A stretch of 64,000 nt of DNA. Origin: Lama guanicoe. Taxonomy: Eukaryota. How positions within the stretch are numbered: position 1 is the stretch's first letter; each line of letters begins with the position of its first letter. The position numbers and the translations under genes were made by a program. The notes under the pieces are model-generated. The model saw only the letters and a list, made by a program, of their open reading frames with translations. It searched no databases and had not been told where the DNA came from. Where the stretch lies: positions 6,499,220-6,563,219 of the forward strand of contig MU054323.1 in NCBI GenBank assembly GCA_013239625.1, written 5' to 3'. Positions 1-11,522 of the stretch are shown piece after piece.

Positions 1-1371
1 CTTGCAGGCCCTTACTTTCCCTGAACTCTGAACAGTGCTGACATCACTAAAACCCCTGCAGTTCCTGAAGCTCACTCTCTGGTGACTGATGGCTCTTCTT
101 TGGTCCAGTCCCTCTCCCTTCCTTTTTCACATAATTTCCTAAATAATCCAATTTATGCCTAAGACCTTTCAAATCTATATCTTAATTGTAACTGTATCTT
201 TTGAGCTCCAGCCTTGTAAATCAAGCTGCCTACTAAGCTTTCCCACCAGGCTGCACCTACTACAGATATTTAACCTGCATGCCTGAGATGTAGTCATTTT
301 TAGAACCCTCCAAGCCCACTTCTCCTGCACTGCACAATGATACCATCATCCTTTCAGTTATTTACCCTGAAGAGGTACCTTTAACTCCAACTTCTTCCTC
401 ACTTTCCACATTCAATGGATTCCTAATTTTATGCTGATTTCTAATACTCTTTTAAGTCTATCTCCTCTCCTATATATTTTCATTACTATGGTATTGGTTC
501 ACACATCATCTGTCACTTAGCTATTGTAACATCCTCCCTTCCTTTGCTTTCTTCCACCCATCTGGCCTCTATACTACTGCCAGAGCTATCTTCCTAAAAT
601 ATATACTTGAACTCTCCTCTTAAAAACCTTTGTGGGCTTTCCACTGCCAGTTGCTTAGCATAGTATTAAATGCTTTGTAAATAAACCTCAACTCTTCTAA
701 CTTCACTTCTTAACCCTTTCTTCAAGTCCTATACATTAGTTACACTATAAACAATTCTTGTTTCCTGTAAACTCCTTGTGTTAATATGCCTCAGTGACTT
801 TCCCCAAACTGTTCTTTCACAGGAATAACTTTCATTATCTGTTTGATGAAATACTGCTCATTTTTGAATGTTCTACTCAAATGCCCTGCTTGTTGCGAAG
901 CCTGTTGCAATTCCCACAGATTGAAAAGAAATGCTCTCCCCTCTATATACCCCTCAAGACTTTGTAAAATATCTTTATTACAACATTTCTCATAAAGTTA
1001 TTTATTTATGTTTGTGTTCATTAGATTATGACTTCTTAATGACAGAGGTTTTTTTTCCCATTAAATTTCTAGCACATAATAAAATGTCTGGAACCTATGG
1101 TCATACAATAAACATTTCAGAGTGAAGGTGAAATCTGCAGGACTCTATTCTGATGAGGTCTGTGATTTCTTTCTAATAATGTTAATACAACAATACTTGC
1201 ATCTTGGTTACATCTAAACCAGAGGCTAAATATATATATATAAACACAGTTCTCACACAAATGATTTATTTAAGGAAAAGAAACAACAAAAAAATCCCCA
1301 AGCCCAAGCTTTTATATTAACTACAAATTAAGAACAATAAAAGATTTGATTTGTAAAAATTATATTTTGAA

Positions 1372-1509
1372 TTTTTACATTAAAAAAATTTTTTGGAAGG
1401 AGTTAGTATTAGGTTTATTCATTTATTTTTAGAGGAGGTACTGGGGATTGAACCCAGAACCTCCTGCATGCTAAGCATGCGCTCTACCACTTGAGCTATA
1501 CCCTCTCAC
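1372..1509 (-). mobile_element. tRNA-Ala(AGC)-derived SINE (camelid Vic-1-like)
   Basis: Minus strand GGGTATAGCTCAAGTGGTAGAGCGCATGCTTAGCATGCAGGAGGTTCTGGGTTCAATCCCCAGTACCTCC plus A-rich tail; TSD AAAAATTRTATTTTGAA at 1355-1371 and 1510-1526. Confidence 0.85.
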
Positions 1510-1747
1510 AAAAATTGTATTTTGAACTCAGAAATCTTAGCTGGTAGCAGCTTGATACTATGAGAATAAATTGTTGAGAAACCTCTAATAATTTCTTCAA
1601 CTTCATATCATATATAAATGATAAGAACAGAAGCCAAACTCTGGTTAAAAGAATAAATGACACCTTTGCACAAAAATCTTCAGTCTATTTTACATGAACC
1701 AGGAGCAATGTCAAAGAACAAAGCACACAATAATTAATGATACATAC

Positions 1748-1892
1748 CTGTCCATGAATAGGTGATACAGATACAGGGGACACAGTGCGAGTAAAAGCTG
1801 ACTTTTTCTGCCATGATGTGTTAACAGTTAGGTTTGAAAACGATACATTTTGATAATCAGTCACTGATGCTGGTTGATTTGAAGAAAGTGAT
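1748..1892 (-). CDS. ITSN2: ITSN2 exon 22, SH3A-SH3B linker ([48 protein letters not shown]); gene continues beyond position 1
   Basis: 145 nt, TTATAG| ... |GTATGT. Confidence 0.93.
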
Positions 1893-2196
1893 CTATAAAT
1901 ATAACAATTAGATATAAGTATACTTAGTTGTTTAGAATCTAATGAAGTACTGCCATTTTATCCACCTGTATATAATACACATTGTGTTTAAATACAACTT
2001 ATGGGAAAGATTCATAAACAAACTACTGACCTATGTTTTTATTTACCAAACTTCAGTATTAAATTTGAAACAAAAGGTGCTCGTAGAGAGTTCAGTACAG
2101 ATACAATATGATTAAGTAGCAGGATGACACAAATACACATATTAGGTATTCTTACATTTGCAGAGACATAAACTCCACTGTTAGCTAAAAACTTAC

Positions 2197-2369
2197 TCAG
2201 AAGTTGAGGTAGCAGATAAAGATACTGTAGGAGGAAGTAAGGCCTTCTTAGGAGACACCGATTTTTCACTTGATGTCATTTTTTCTACATAGTTGCAAGG
2301 AAACCACCCAAAATTTCCTTGAAAACTACCATAAAGCCAACCAGGTTCTCCTACAGTTTTTTCATCAAC
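2197..2369 (-). CDS. ITSN2: ITSN2 exon 21, SH3A second half ([57 protein letters not shown])
   Basis: 173 nt, CCCTAG| ... |GTAAGT; SH3 motif GWFPxNY. Confidence 0.95.
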
Positions 2370-4004
2370 CTAGGGAAACAAAGAGAAGGGTTAACAGTGG
2401 TTAGAAAGCCACACATTTATGATGGGAATGGATGCAAACCACTGTTTAACAGCCAAATTTTCAGAATTAGAATTCAGAATTCAGGCCCATCTAACTAAAT
2501 AGCAAAGGCATTTCCTACAAATTAATAGGTTACTATCTCTAACGATTGACAAGGTGTCTTTTTACATATTTTTAATTTTTCCAAGTTAATACATAAAAAT
2601 AGTTTACAAAAACAAATAGCATTCTACAGGGCCTATGATAGAAGACCACATGCTCCTTATGCCCTGATTTCCACTCCTAATAGCACCTTGTTCTTCTTAG
2701 CTGTTTCTTCTGTATTATCTTCCACATTTCTAAATAATGTATTTATGCTGCTATTTATTGTTTGAACTTTTCAATTTTAGACATTATCTATTGGTTTTTG
2801 GTTATAGAAAACAAAAATTTAACTCATGTTTACTGTATCCTCTTATTTTACTAATATTGCTATAACTTTTGGTTAAGTTATATTCAATTTTTATATTATT
2901 ATGACTATGTAAATTAATATTTACATCTGAGTCATGCAGTGTTCTGCTAATTACATTTCTAGTTTTGTAAACTTTCTATTTTCCTATGGTTACTCATCAC
3001 TTTGTTTTTTGCTTTGTTTTCTCTTTTCTTATTAGAGGATTTTTGAACTCTCAAAGAGAACTAGAAAACTTTCTCCGCATACTATTTTTCACTGGTAAAA
3101 CACATAGGTGATTTATAGTTTCATTTCTTCTCCCAGACATTTCCCTCTTACAGTCCAACATCCTCTGTCCTCACAGCAGCTCTTCTTCTGCTTCTTGGTC
3201 CTTTGTCCCTTGAACACTGATAATATCTCAAGTTTCATCACTGACTTTCTTACTTCATGCTACACAACTTCCAGAACAGGCCTCCTCATTCCTACAGTTT
3301 GATCAGTTCTTTATACAATAATGAATCTGAAATGAAAGCTATATTTGCAGAACTGACTTCTTGCCAAAGGGACAACCCTATACTTTCAATTACTAAGACA
3401 TCTTCAACTGGATGTCCCATAGGAACTGCCAACTTAAGTCTAAGATTGAACTTCTTTTCTCCCTTAATCTACTCCTTCTCCTAAATTCCTTTTATCTCTG
3501 TAATTCTTACCAAAGACTTAATCATTTTAAATAAAAAAAAATCTTTGGCTCTTACCTCTCTTACATTTCCCTGTCCATACTCTATTGATTTTGCCACTAA
3601 AAGGTTTTCTGAATTCTTTTTCAACCTTAACACTCCTAACCTACTTGAGGCTTTTTCCGTTTCACAGCCAGATTATTGTACTCTTTACTCATCCTTCAAG
3701 ATTATGTTAATTGCCCCCAACCCAGGCCAGAATTATCTTATACTACCATAATTAGCTTTGTCATACTACATTATTCTTTATTTACATGTATTTCTTCAAT
3801 TTGTGAGCCCTTTCATTGATACCCTTGCCCTGCATAATACTAATTTGCTAAAGTCATGAACAAATTAATATGCCAACTGTGTCTCTGTTCTCCACTACAT
3901 TTTCTACACTCTTCAGATGACCTTTCTAAAACAGATTTGACAGTAGAATTCAAATCATGTAGAATTTGTATGGCAAATGACTCTGCATCCATTTAGATTT
4001 TTAA

Positions 4005-5650
4005 AAATAGGTTTCTGAGGTATAACAAACATATAAAATTCATATTTAAGGTATTAAATTTGTTAAGTTTTGACATATGTATACACTTGTGAAAAATCAC
4101 CACAATCAAGATAATAAACACATCCATCACCCCCGAATATTTCTTCTTAATCCACTGAAAGCACTCCCTTCCACTTCTCCACATGACTCTTGCCTCATTC
4201 TCCAGGAAAGCACTGGTCTGCTTTTTGTCATTAAAGATTACTCTGCATGTTCTAGAACTTTCTATAAACAAAAATCACACAATACATATCCTTTTTCCTT
4301 TTGGTCTGACTCCTTTTACTCAGCCTACTGTTTATTATTATTTTGAGATCCATCCATGTTGTAGTGAATGTGAATAGTTCCATCTGATTACTGAGTAGTA
4401 TTACATTGTATGGATGTACCACTATTTGTTTATCTGTTTATACCTACTGATGGACATTTGAACTGTTTTTGGCTATGACAGGTAAAGTCACAATGAACAT
4501 CTGTTTTTGTACGGACATAATGTTTTCAATTCTCTTGAGTAAAGATCTAGGAGTGGAATGGCTGGCTCATGTGGTGGATCCATGTTTATCTTGTTACAAT
4601 AACAGCTTTATTGAGAGAAAATTCACCATACAATCCTCCCATTTAGAGTATACAAATCAATGAATTTTAGTATATTCAGTTGTGCAATCATTACCACAAT
4701 CAACTACTGTTTGATGGAGAACAGTCTCCATCAGAAAGAAACCTCGTACTATGTTGTATCTAAGAAATCCTTAAGCAACTCAAAGTCATAAGGATTTTCT
4801 CCAATGTTTTCTTCTATAAGTTCTACAGTTTTAGGTTTTACATTTCAGGATTTACATTTGATCTATGTTGAGCTAATTTTTATGTATGTTGTAAGCAATT
4901 AGCCAAAATTCATTTTTGTTTATATGGATAGCTAATTGTTCCAGTATTATTTGCTTTTTTTGAAAAGAGTATCCCTTCTCAACTGAACTGCCTTTGTAAA
5001 AATCAGTTATATAAATATAGAGATGTAGATCTCTTTACCTATTCTGTTCCACTGATCTATTTACCTATCTGGATATTAATACTACACCATCTTGATTACT
5101 GTAACTTTACAATACACCTATAATCAGGTAGCATAGGCCTTCAACTTTGTTCTACTTTTTCTAAAGTTGTTTTGGTTATGAATCAGCTTGTCAATTTCTA
5201 CCAAAAAGCCTGGTGGGAGTTTGATTGAAAGTGCCTTGACTATAATAGGAGAATTTGAGGAGAACTGCTTTATCACCAATACTGAGCCTTCCAAATCATG
5301 AACATGGTATATAGCTTTCCATTTATTTAGGTCTTCAATTTTTCTCAACAATACTTCATAACAGGTCTTGCACATCTTTTATCCATTTTATCTCTAAGCA
5401 TTTCGTATTTTTATGTTATCATAAATGGTATTTTTATTTCAATTTCTGAACATTACTTGCTTGTAAACAGAAACACACTAATTTTTGTATATGATTTGTA
5501 TCCTGCCACACAAGCTTGCTAAACTTACTTATTAGATCTAAAAGCTTTTTTTCTTTTCCAGTAGATTCTATGGGATTTTCTACATAGACAATCATGTCTT
5601 CTGCAAATTAAATCTTACTTCTCCCTTTCCAATTTCAGCGTCTTTTATTC
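4005..5650 (-). mobile_element. Old L1 (L1M-type) fragment(s)
   Basis: Degenerate ORF2-like remnant at 5124..5375 (IEDLNKWKAI...FLVEIDKLI) and typical L1 3'UTR motifs. Confidence 0.7.
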
Positions 5651-7199
5651 TATATGAGTCACTGCAGACTTATCACAATATTTATCCTGGCAGATTCCGT
5701 CACTGTAGTTTTAAGCATGTCAAAGTTCAAACTTCTTGGTGTAGAATTCAAGGCCTCTGAAATTATGGTTTCTTTGTCAAGTGTGAGCTTACTTTTCTAG
5801 CTTCATCTCTCAACACCTGTTCCATTTTCTAGGCAAATGGTCAGGTGCTCATATGTTTCAGCATTTTTGTTCAAGCTATTCCTCCTGGCAGAATTTTATG
5901 TGGGTTACGAGAAAGAGCACAGACTTTGGAAGTAAAGAACTACGCTTCAGCTTTAGCCATGCCAGCTGGTTGGTAATCTGCTGTGAGATAATGAATACCA
6001 TCTAAGGCCTCAGTTTCTTCATCCATAAAATCTGAGGGAAAAATACCTGTCCTATCTTATTCCAGGTTATTTTGAGAATTAAATTAAGAATATTCATAAA
6101 AATGCTTAGTAAACTGTAAAGCACTAAACAAGTATGAAACAGAATCCTTTGAGTCCTTCCTCCATTCTCTTCTTGGGGAAAACGTTCCCAATTCTATTTG
6201 GTTGTGTTATTGCTTCATCCTTGGGTTCCGACAGCACTTTATTTCTCTAAGTCATTAATCTAAACTTACCATGTTATATTCTGTACAGTTAAACACACTT
6301 CTTTTTTCTTCCTAAACTTTGACTTCCTTATTCATTTTTATATATCCCCAGGAGGCACATGGTTAGAAACTCAACGAATGTTAACTCGAACGGACTATTC
6401 TAAATTAGATAAACAACAGATTTAAAGCTTAACTGATAACAAATGGAGTTTTTGTCAGGGCAACTTCACTTGTGTTCATGGTAAATAATTCTCATTTTAA
6501 TGTTACATGTCTGGCTATTTATTAGATTATGAATAAGATATTTAGAAAATCCCCCAATCAGAGCTGTGGTGGCTAAATCTCACAGACAGCATCACAGCCA
6601 GGTAACCACCATAAAACTATGTTCTGAAGTAGAACATGAGGAACCACCGATTAAATATCATCCTGTAGATCTAGTTTAAGACTGTTTAAAGTCGCTCAAC
6701 CAGAGCACTAAAAATGAAGGCAAGAACACAATTAACCCGAGAAATGCAACCTAAACCTGATTTAAGTATTTGGTCTCAAGGCAAGGAATCACTTGAAAGG
6801 TATGAGTACTAGCATTCAAACACTTCTTCCTTTTCCTACAAACTTTAAAAATCATAATTTCTTTAATACTATTTCCTAGTATTTTCAACCTTACGAAGAA
6901 GAAAAGGCCCATTCACTTATTTTTCAGAGTGAAACCAACTCTGCTTTGTAAGGGGTCAATTTCAATCAATTTCATATGTATCATTTATAGTTCTAATGAA
7001 TTTTTAGTTGTCAGTTTACACAGATTAAACCAGAAAGTTTTACATAAATTTTCACAGGCCTAGGGAAACTATTACTTCAAAAGTAGCATTAATAGATAGG
7101 GCAGGAAAAGCAAGCTGTCATGAAAAATGTTGTCAGGGTTCAGTGGAATTTCTTATCTTTTTAATTTTCAATCAAATCTCCTCTGCCACCCTCATCCAA

Positions 7200-8705
7200 T
7201 AAGCTGATCAGAACTTGCTGCTATCCTGACCAAGAATAACAGAAGCCCTCATATTTGACCTCACCTTCTACCTCAGCAAATTTATGATCCCACCCATCTT
7301 TTCTTCTAGCCCTCCAATCACAAAGGAAGAGGTATCAAGTTCTTCCACTACTCCCTCTCCCTGTGCTCTAGGTTCAAGCCCTCCAGATTCTCATGAATGT
7401 TCATCTCCATCCACTGATCAAAACAGAGAGGTCTGTGACAGGGAGGCATGTGGTACCTTCCTCAGTGCTCTGTATTCTGTATGTTGATCTGAGTGGTGGT
7501 TTCATAGAAATACACGTGAACAAATTATTTGCACTGTATACTCATGACTTATGGCTGTGCATTTTACTAAATGTAAGTCATACTTTAATTAGAAAAAGCA
7601 ATCTTCCTCTACTAGTGATTTACTCTTTCCAGTATCATTAACTTTGCCCCTCTGAGCTGCAGATCTTTTCTATCATTATTTAAACTTGCTCAAGCTTCTG
7701 CCAAGTTAAAAAACCAAAAGATAAAAACAAAAAAATAGAGCAACTTCCCTCAACCCATATTCCTCATTATTTACCATCTTCGCTCCCTTCCTCCTTTAAA
7801 AGCCAAGCTCTTCCAAAGAGTTTTATACATTCATTGGCTCCTCTTCCTCCCTTCCAATTTGTTCCTCAACTCACTGAAATTTGGCTTCTTTCTCCACTTC
7901 TTCACTCAATACTGTTCTCCTCAAGGTTAACAATAACTATGCTGTTGTCAATTTTTTTTTTTTTTTAGTATTGTCTTATTTTACATGTGGACCATTCTTC
8001 TCAAATTTCCCTGACACTAAACTCCTGTTTTTTCCCCTACCTCCAGTCATTCTTTTAGGGCTCCTCTTCCTTTAACAGTCCCTTCAGTGTCCATGTTTCT
8101 CAGGGATTGCATCCTTAATCATGTTCCCCCTTCTTCACTATTCCCTTGGATGATCTCCACTACAGTCATGTCTTCAATTACCACCAGACACACTGATGAC
8201 ATCCAAGTTGGCCTCCTCTGATCTCTGCCTGAGATCTCTACTTGAGCTCTCTCTGGGTATCTCTGGATATCCAATTGTTGCCTAGAAATATGAAACTCAG
8301 CCTAAACTGAACCTCACTTCAATTTCCACTTATATTTCCACCTTCTAATCTTCCTCTCTTAGTGAAGGACACTATTATCAACCAAACTGTCCAGATCAGG
8401 TATCTGGTAAGTAACCCATGACTCATTCTTTTACATATTCGGTAGACAACACAAGCACTCAAGAAATTCCAGTTAATTTTATGTTCCTGTTGTCACTGCC
8501 TCCAGACTGGCTCTCTGACCATGGAAGAGGTCTGTTCTACAGCTGGTAGCAGTCTATAGCCTTCCTTCCTCTACCTTCTTTTCTCTACTTCTTTACTATG
8601 TCTTTCTCATCAGACTATAAACTCATTAAGAACAGAGACTGTGTTTTGTTCACATATCCCCAGCCTAGCATAGCCCTCAACAAATATTTGCTGAAAGAAT
8701 AAATA
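7200..8705 (+). mobile_element. L2 LINE relics; similar pyrimidine-rich L2 blocks at about 100-1125, 23200-24850, 40400-41115 and 55740-56080
   Basis: C/T-rich decayed sequence ending CCTAGCATAG..CTCAACAAATATTTGCTGAAAGAATAAAT, the L2 3' end signature. Confidence 0.55.
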
Positions 8706-8722
8706 AAAGATATAACCAAATA

Positions 8723-8960
8723 CAGGGGGGTGGAGGGTGGGAAGGGATAGACTGGGATTTCAAAATTGTAGAATAGATAAACAAGATTACACTGTATAGC
8801 ACAGGGAAATATACACAAAATGTTATGATAACTCACAGAGAAAAAAATGTGACAATGAGTGTGTATATGTCCATGAATGACTGAAAAATTGTGCTGAACA
8901 CTGGAATTTAACACAACATTGTAAAATGATTATACATCAATAAAAAATATTAAAAAAAAG
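8723..8960 (+). mobile_element. Young 5'-truncated L1 3' end (lineage-specific family), copy A
   Basis: G-rich tract, TATAGCACAGGGAAATATA motif, AATAAA and A tail; highly similar to copies at 9630, 28795 and 29641. Confidence 0.8.
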
Positions 8961-9629
8961 AAGTTCCTATACTTATGTAGAGATTTTATTTCCAAGTTTG
9001 GTCCTAAGTCCATTTATTTATAAGGACAACATGTATATGGACAATAAAAAAATATATATAACCAAATATACAAGTAGGCTCTTGACGAAACGTGCCCAGA
9101 GATAGGCTGTATTTACTCATTCTTGGACTTTGATCATCATCAACTAGAAGAAGAGGAATGATATGGCCAGCAGACTGTGGACTTAAGCTGCCTGTAAAAC
9201 AAACTTCCCTCAGTGAGGAGCAACCATGGCACTGTCAGTGTGGTGATGGCAACAGAAGGAATGTGTAGCTGGTGATTATTCTGGGTATTTGAATAGATAG
9301 TTCTGGTAAACCCTATTGCAAGTATCACTGAATGTTTGCTACCTAACTGATGAACAGTGTATAGAGATAAGAGAATAGAAACTGGCTAGGTATTCTAGGT
9401 AATATAACTTATTTACTAAGAAGAAAACTGAAGCGGGGACTAAAATCCAAGCTGGCATACTTCTAAAGCCTGTATTCTCTTCAGTACATCACAACAGCTC
9501 TAACAAATGCTATTCCCTGCATCTTATTCATCCATTTTACATGGTCTGTGATTATATAATAAAAACCTTTTATTCCAAAGAACAAGAGTCGGTATCTAGT
9601 TAGAGCCACAGAACCTAACTCCTTCAACT

Positions 9630-9835
9630 ATTTTATTTTTTTTTAAGTTTTTTTTATTGATTTATAATCATTTTACAATGTTGTGTCAAATTCCAGTGTA
9701 GAGCACAATTTTTCAATTATACATGAACATATATATATTCATTGTCACATTCCTTTCTCTGTAAGCTACCATAAGATCTTGTATATATTTCCCTGTGCTA
9801 TACAGTATAATCTTGTTTATCTATTCTACAATTTT
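9630..9835 (-). mobile_element. Young L1 3' end, copy B
   Basis: Reverse-complement match to 8760-8960; T tract at the left end. Confidence 0.8.
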
Positions 9836-10238
9836 TTTAATGGTTGCCAGAAAATAACCAGCTCCCCCAAATTTTACTGGTAATTTATTAAAATAACAAA
9901 ATCAGTATCACCTTTTATGACATATAGTAGTACGGCATGGTGGAAAGAACACTGGATTTGAAAATCAAAAGACATGTACTTGCACCCCACTCTGGCAACA
10001 TGCTGCTGACAGTTACAACTGGTGTAAGCCTTCCTTACCTAGAATATGGCAGTAATAATAACTGCCCCACACAGCCCTGCAGTATGTCATAAGAGCCAAA
10101 TGAGGCAATGTTTAAGATATATTTTTAAAATGGTGAATCACCATATAAAATTATATTCAATATTATTATTATAGAAAGTAACATGTTACATTGCATTCAG
10201 CTTATTCATGAGAAAAAAAAAAAAAGACTGTTTCCTAC

Positions 10239-10336
10239 CTGTATTATATCCCCAGAATTAAAACTCATTTCATCGTGGCTCCTTGCTTCAAAGCGATATA
10301 ATGCTCTGTAATTCACCAAAGCAACAGTTGGCTCAC
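10239..10336 (-). CDS. ITSN2: ITSN2 exon 20, SH3A first half ([32 protein letters not shown])
   Basis: 98 nt, CTTTAG| ... |GTAGGA; SH3 pattern ALYxF...DEMSF..GD. Confidence 0.95.
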
Positions 10337-11385
10337 CTAAAGAGAAGATAACTGTCATTATTTGCTGCTTTCCTATATACACTCATCTTTGCTATGACTC
10401 AATAAACAGCTCAAAAAAAAAAAAACAACAAAAAACTCAAAAACCTGAGCAAAGAGTATAATGAAAAACCATTTGATATGGGCTTGTTAGGACTTAAGTA
10501 TCTTCAATAGGCATAGAATCAATATAAAACAAACAAGACTGTGCATCTTAACTAAAGCAGGAGGCAGTAAAACAGAGAGACCACTTGCAGGGTGGGCCAT
10601 GTGCATGGATAAGGGAAGGTGCGGGAGTGGTGACTAAGTGTGCGAAGTGGAGGGAGGCTAAGCTGCAAGAGGCTTAATTTGATCTGTGGAGGTCAGAATA
10701 TCAAAGGAAAGAAGAGCACAAAGGGAGGTCACAGATGAGACGATCAGCAAGTAAACACCGTTGACTGAAGAAAGATCTACAGATTTATCAGTATGATTCT
10801 AAAAAACACAGTAGAAGAGTTCACAAGTACACTAGATGTAACAGATTAAAGATACTTTGCTCATTAATAGAATAAATGCTTTACCTTATAACATTTTCAG
10901 CACATTGTATCATTAATAAGCATTCAAAAGAAATACAATAATATTTAAAGTATTTTGGAAATGGACTTCATGGTGTTTCCAAAGTATACCTTCTGAGAAA
11001 ATTTCAATGTGCAAAGACTTAAAATTTTACTGTTGCTTCATTAAAATAAATAGTTACACTGGTGGAATAAAAATATTTTAAGAATAAAAATATTTTAAAC
11101 TATTTACTTCAATAATGAAAACTCTGTCAGGGTTTATTCATAGTTTGTGATAACTATCTTCTTTGCTCCGTGTTGTTTTAAGATTTCTACCCTCCGTCTG
11201 TCTTAATAAACCTACAAACTTCTCTTATCCAAGTTTAATTTAGAAAATGGTTTTTTCTGACTCTAAGGATCAGCATCTGTTTTAATTTTCTTCTTCTTTT
11301 TTTTGTTCATCAGAATCTTTTTCTTATTGCTTTTGTTGCTCTGTTTCAGAAAAATCGAACGAATTATTTTTACCCTTATCCTTAC

Positions 11386-11522
11386 ATTGTTTCTCCTCAG
11401 CTTTCCGCTCCTCTTCTTGAACTTTCTCTTGTGCTTTTTCTTCTTGAAGTCGCTTTTGCTTTTCTTCTTCCTCCTTTTTAAGATTTTCTTTCCATAAGTT
11501 TTCTTTTGCTTGTTTTGCTTTC
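11386..11522 (-). CDS. ITSN2: ITSN2 exon 19, end of coiled coil ([46 protein letters not shown]); an alternative donor extends it to 11374
   Basis: GTAAAG| acceptor; donors CAAT|GTAAGG (137-nt exon) or AAGG|GTAAAA (149-nt exon), both phase 1. Confidence 0.88.

Noticed and set aside
1433..1506. Possible true tRNA-Ala(AGC) gene
   Set aside because: It has an A-rich tail and a TSD, carries D-arm and stem changes, and has two related diverged copies in the window, so it is better explained as a SINE.
6270..6280. Putative 11-nt microexon (TACAG|AATATAACATG|GTAAGT) in the intron equivalent to the one holding the ITSN1 VKGEW microexon
   Set aside because: It would shift the frame, has a poor pyrimidine tract and sits in an L2-like relic. 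I found no VKGEW-like 15-nt exon by eye.
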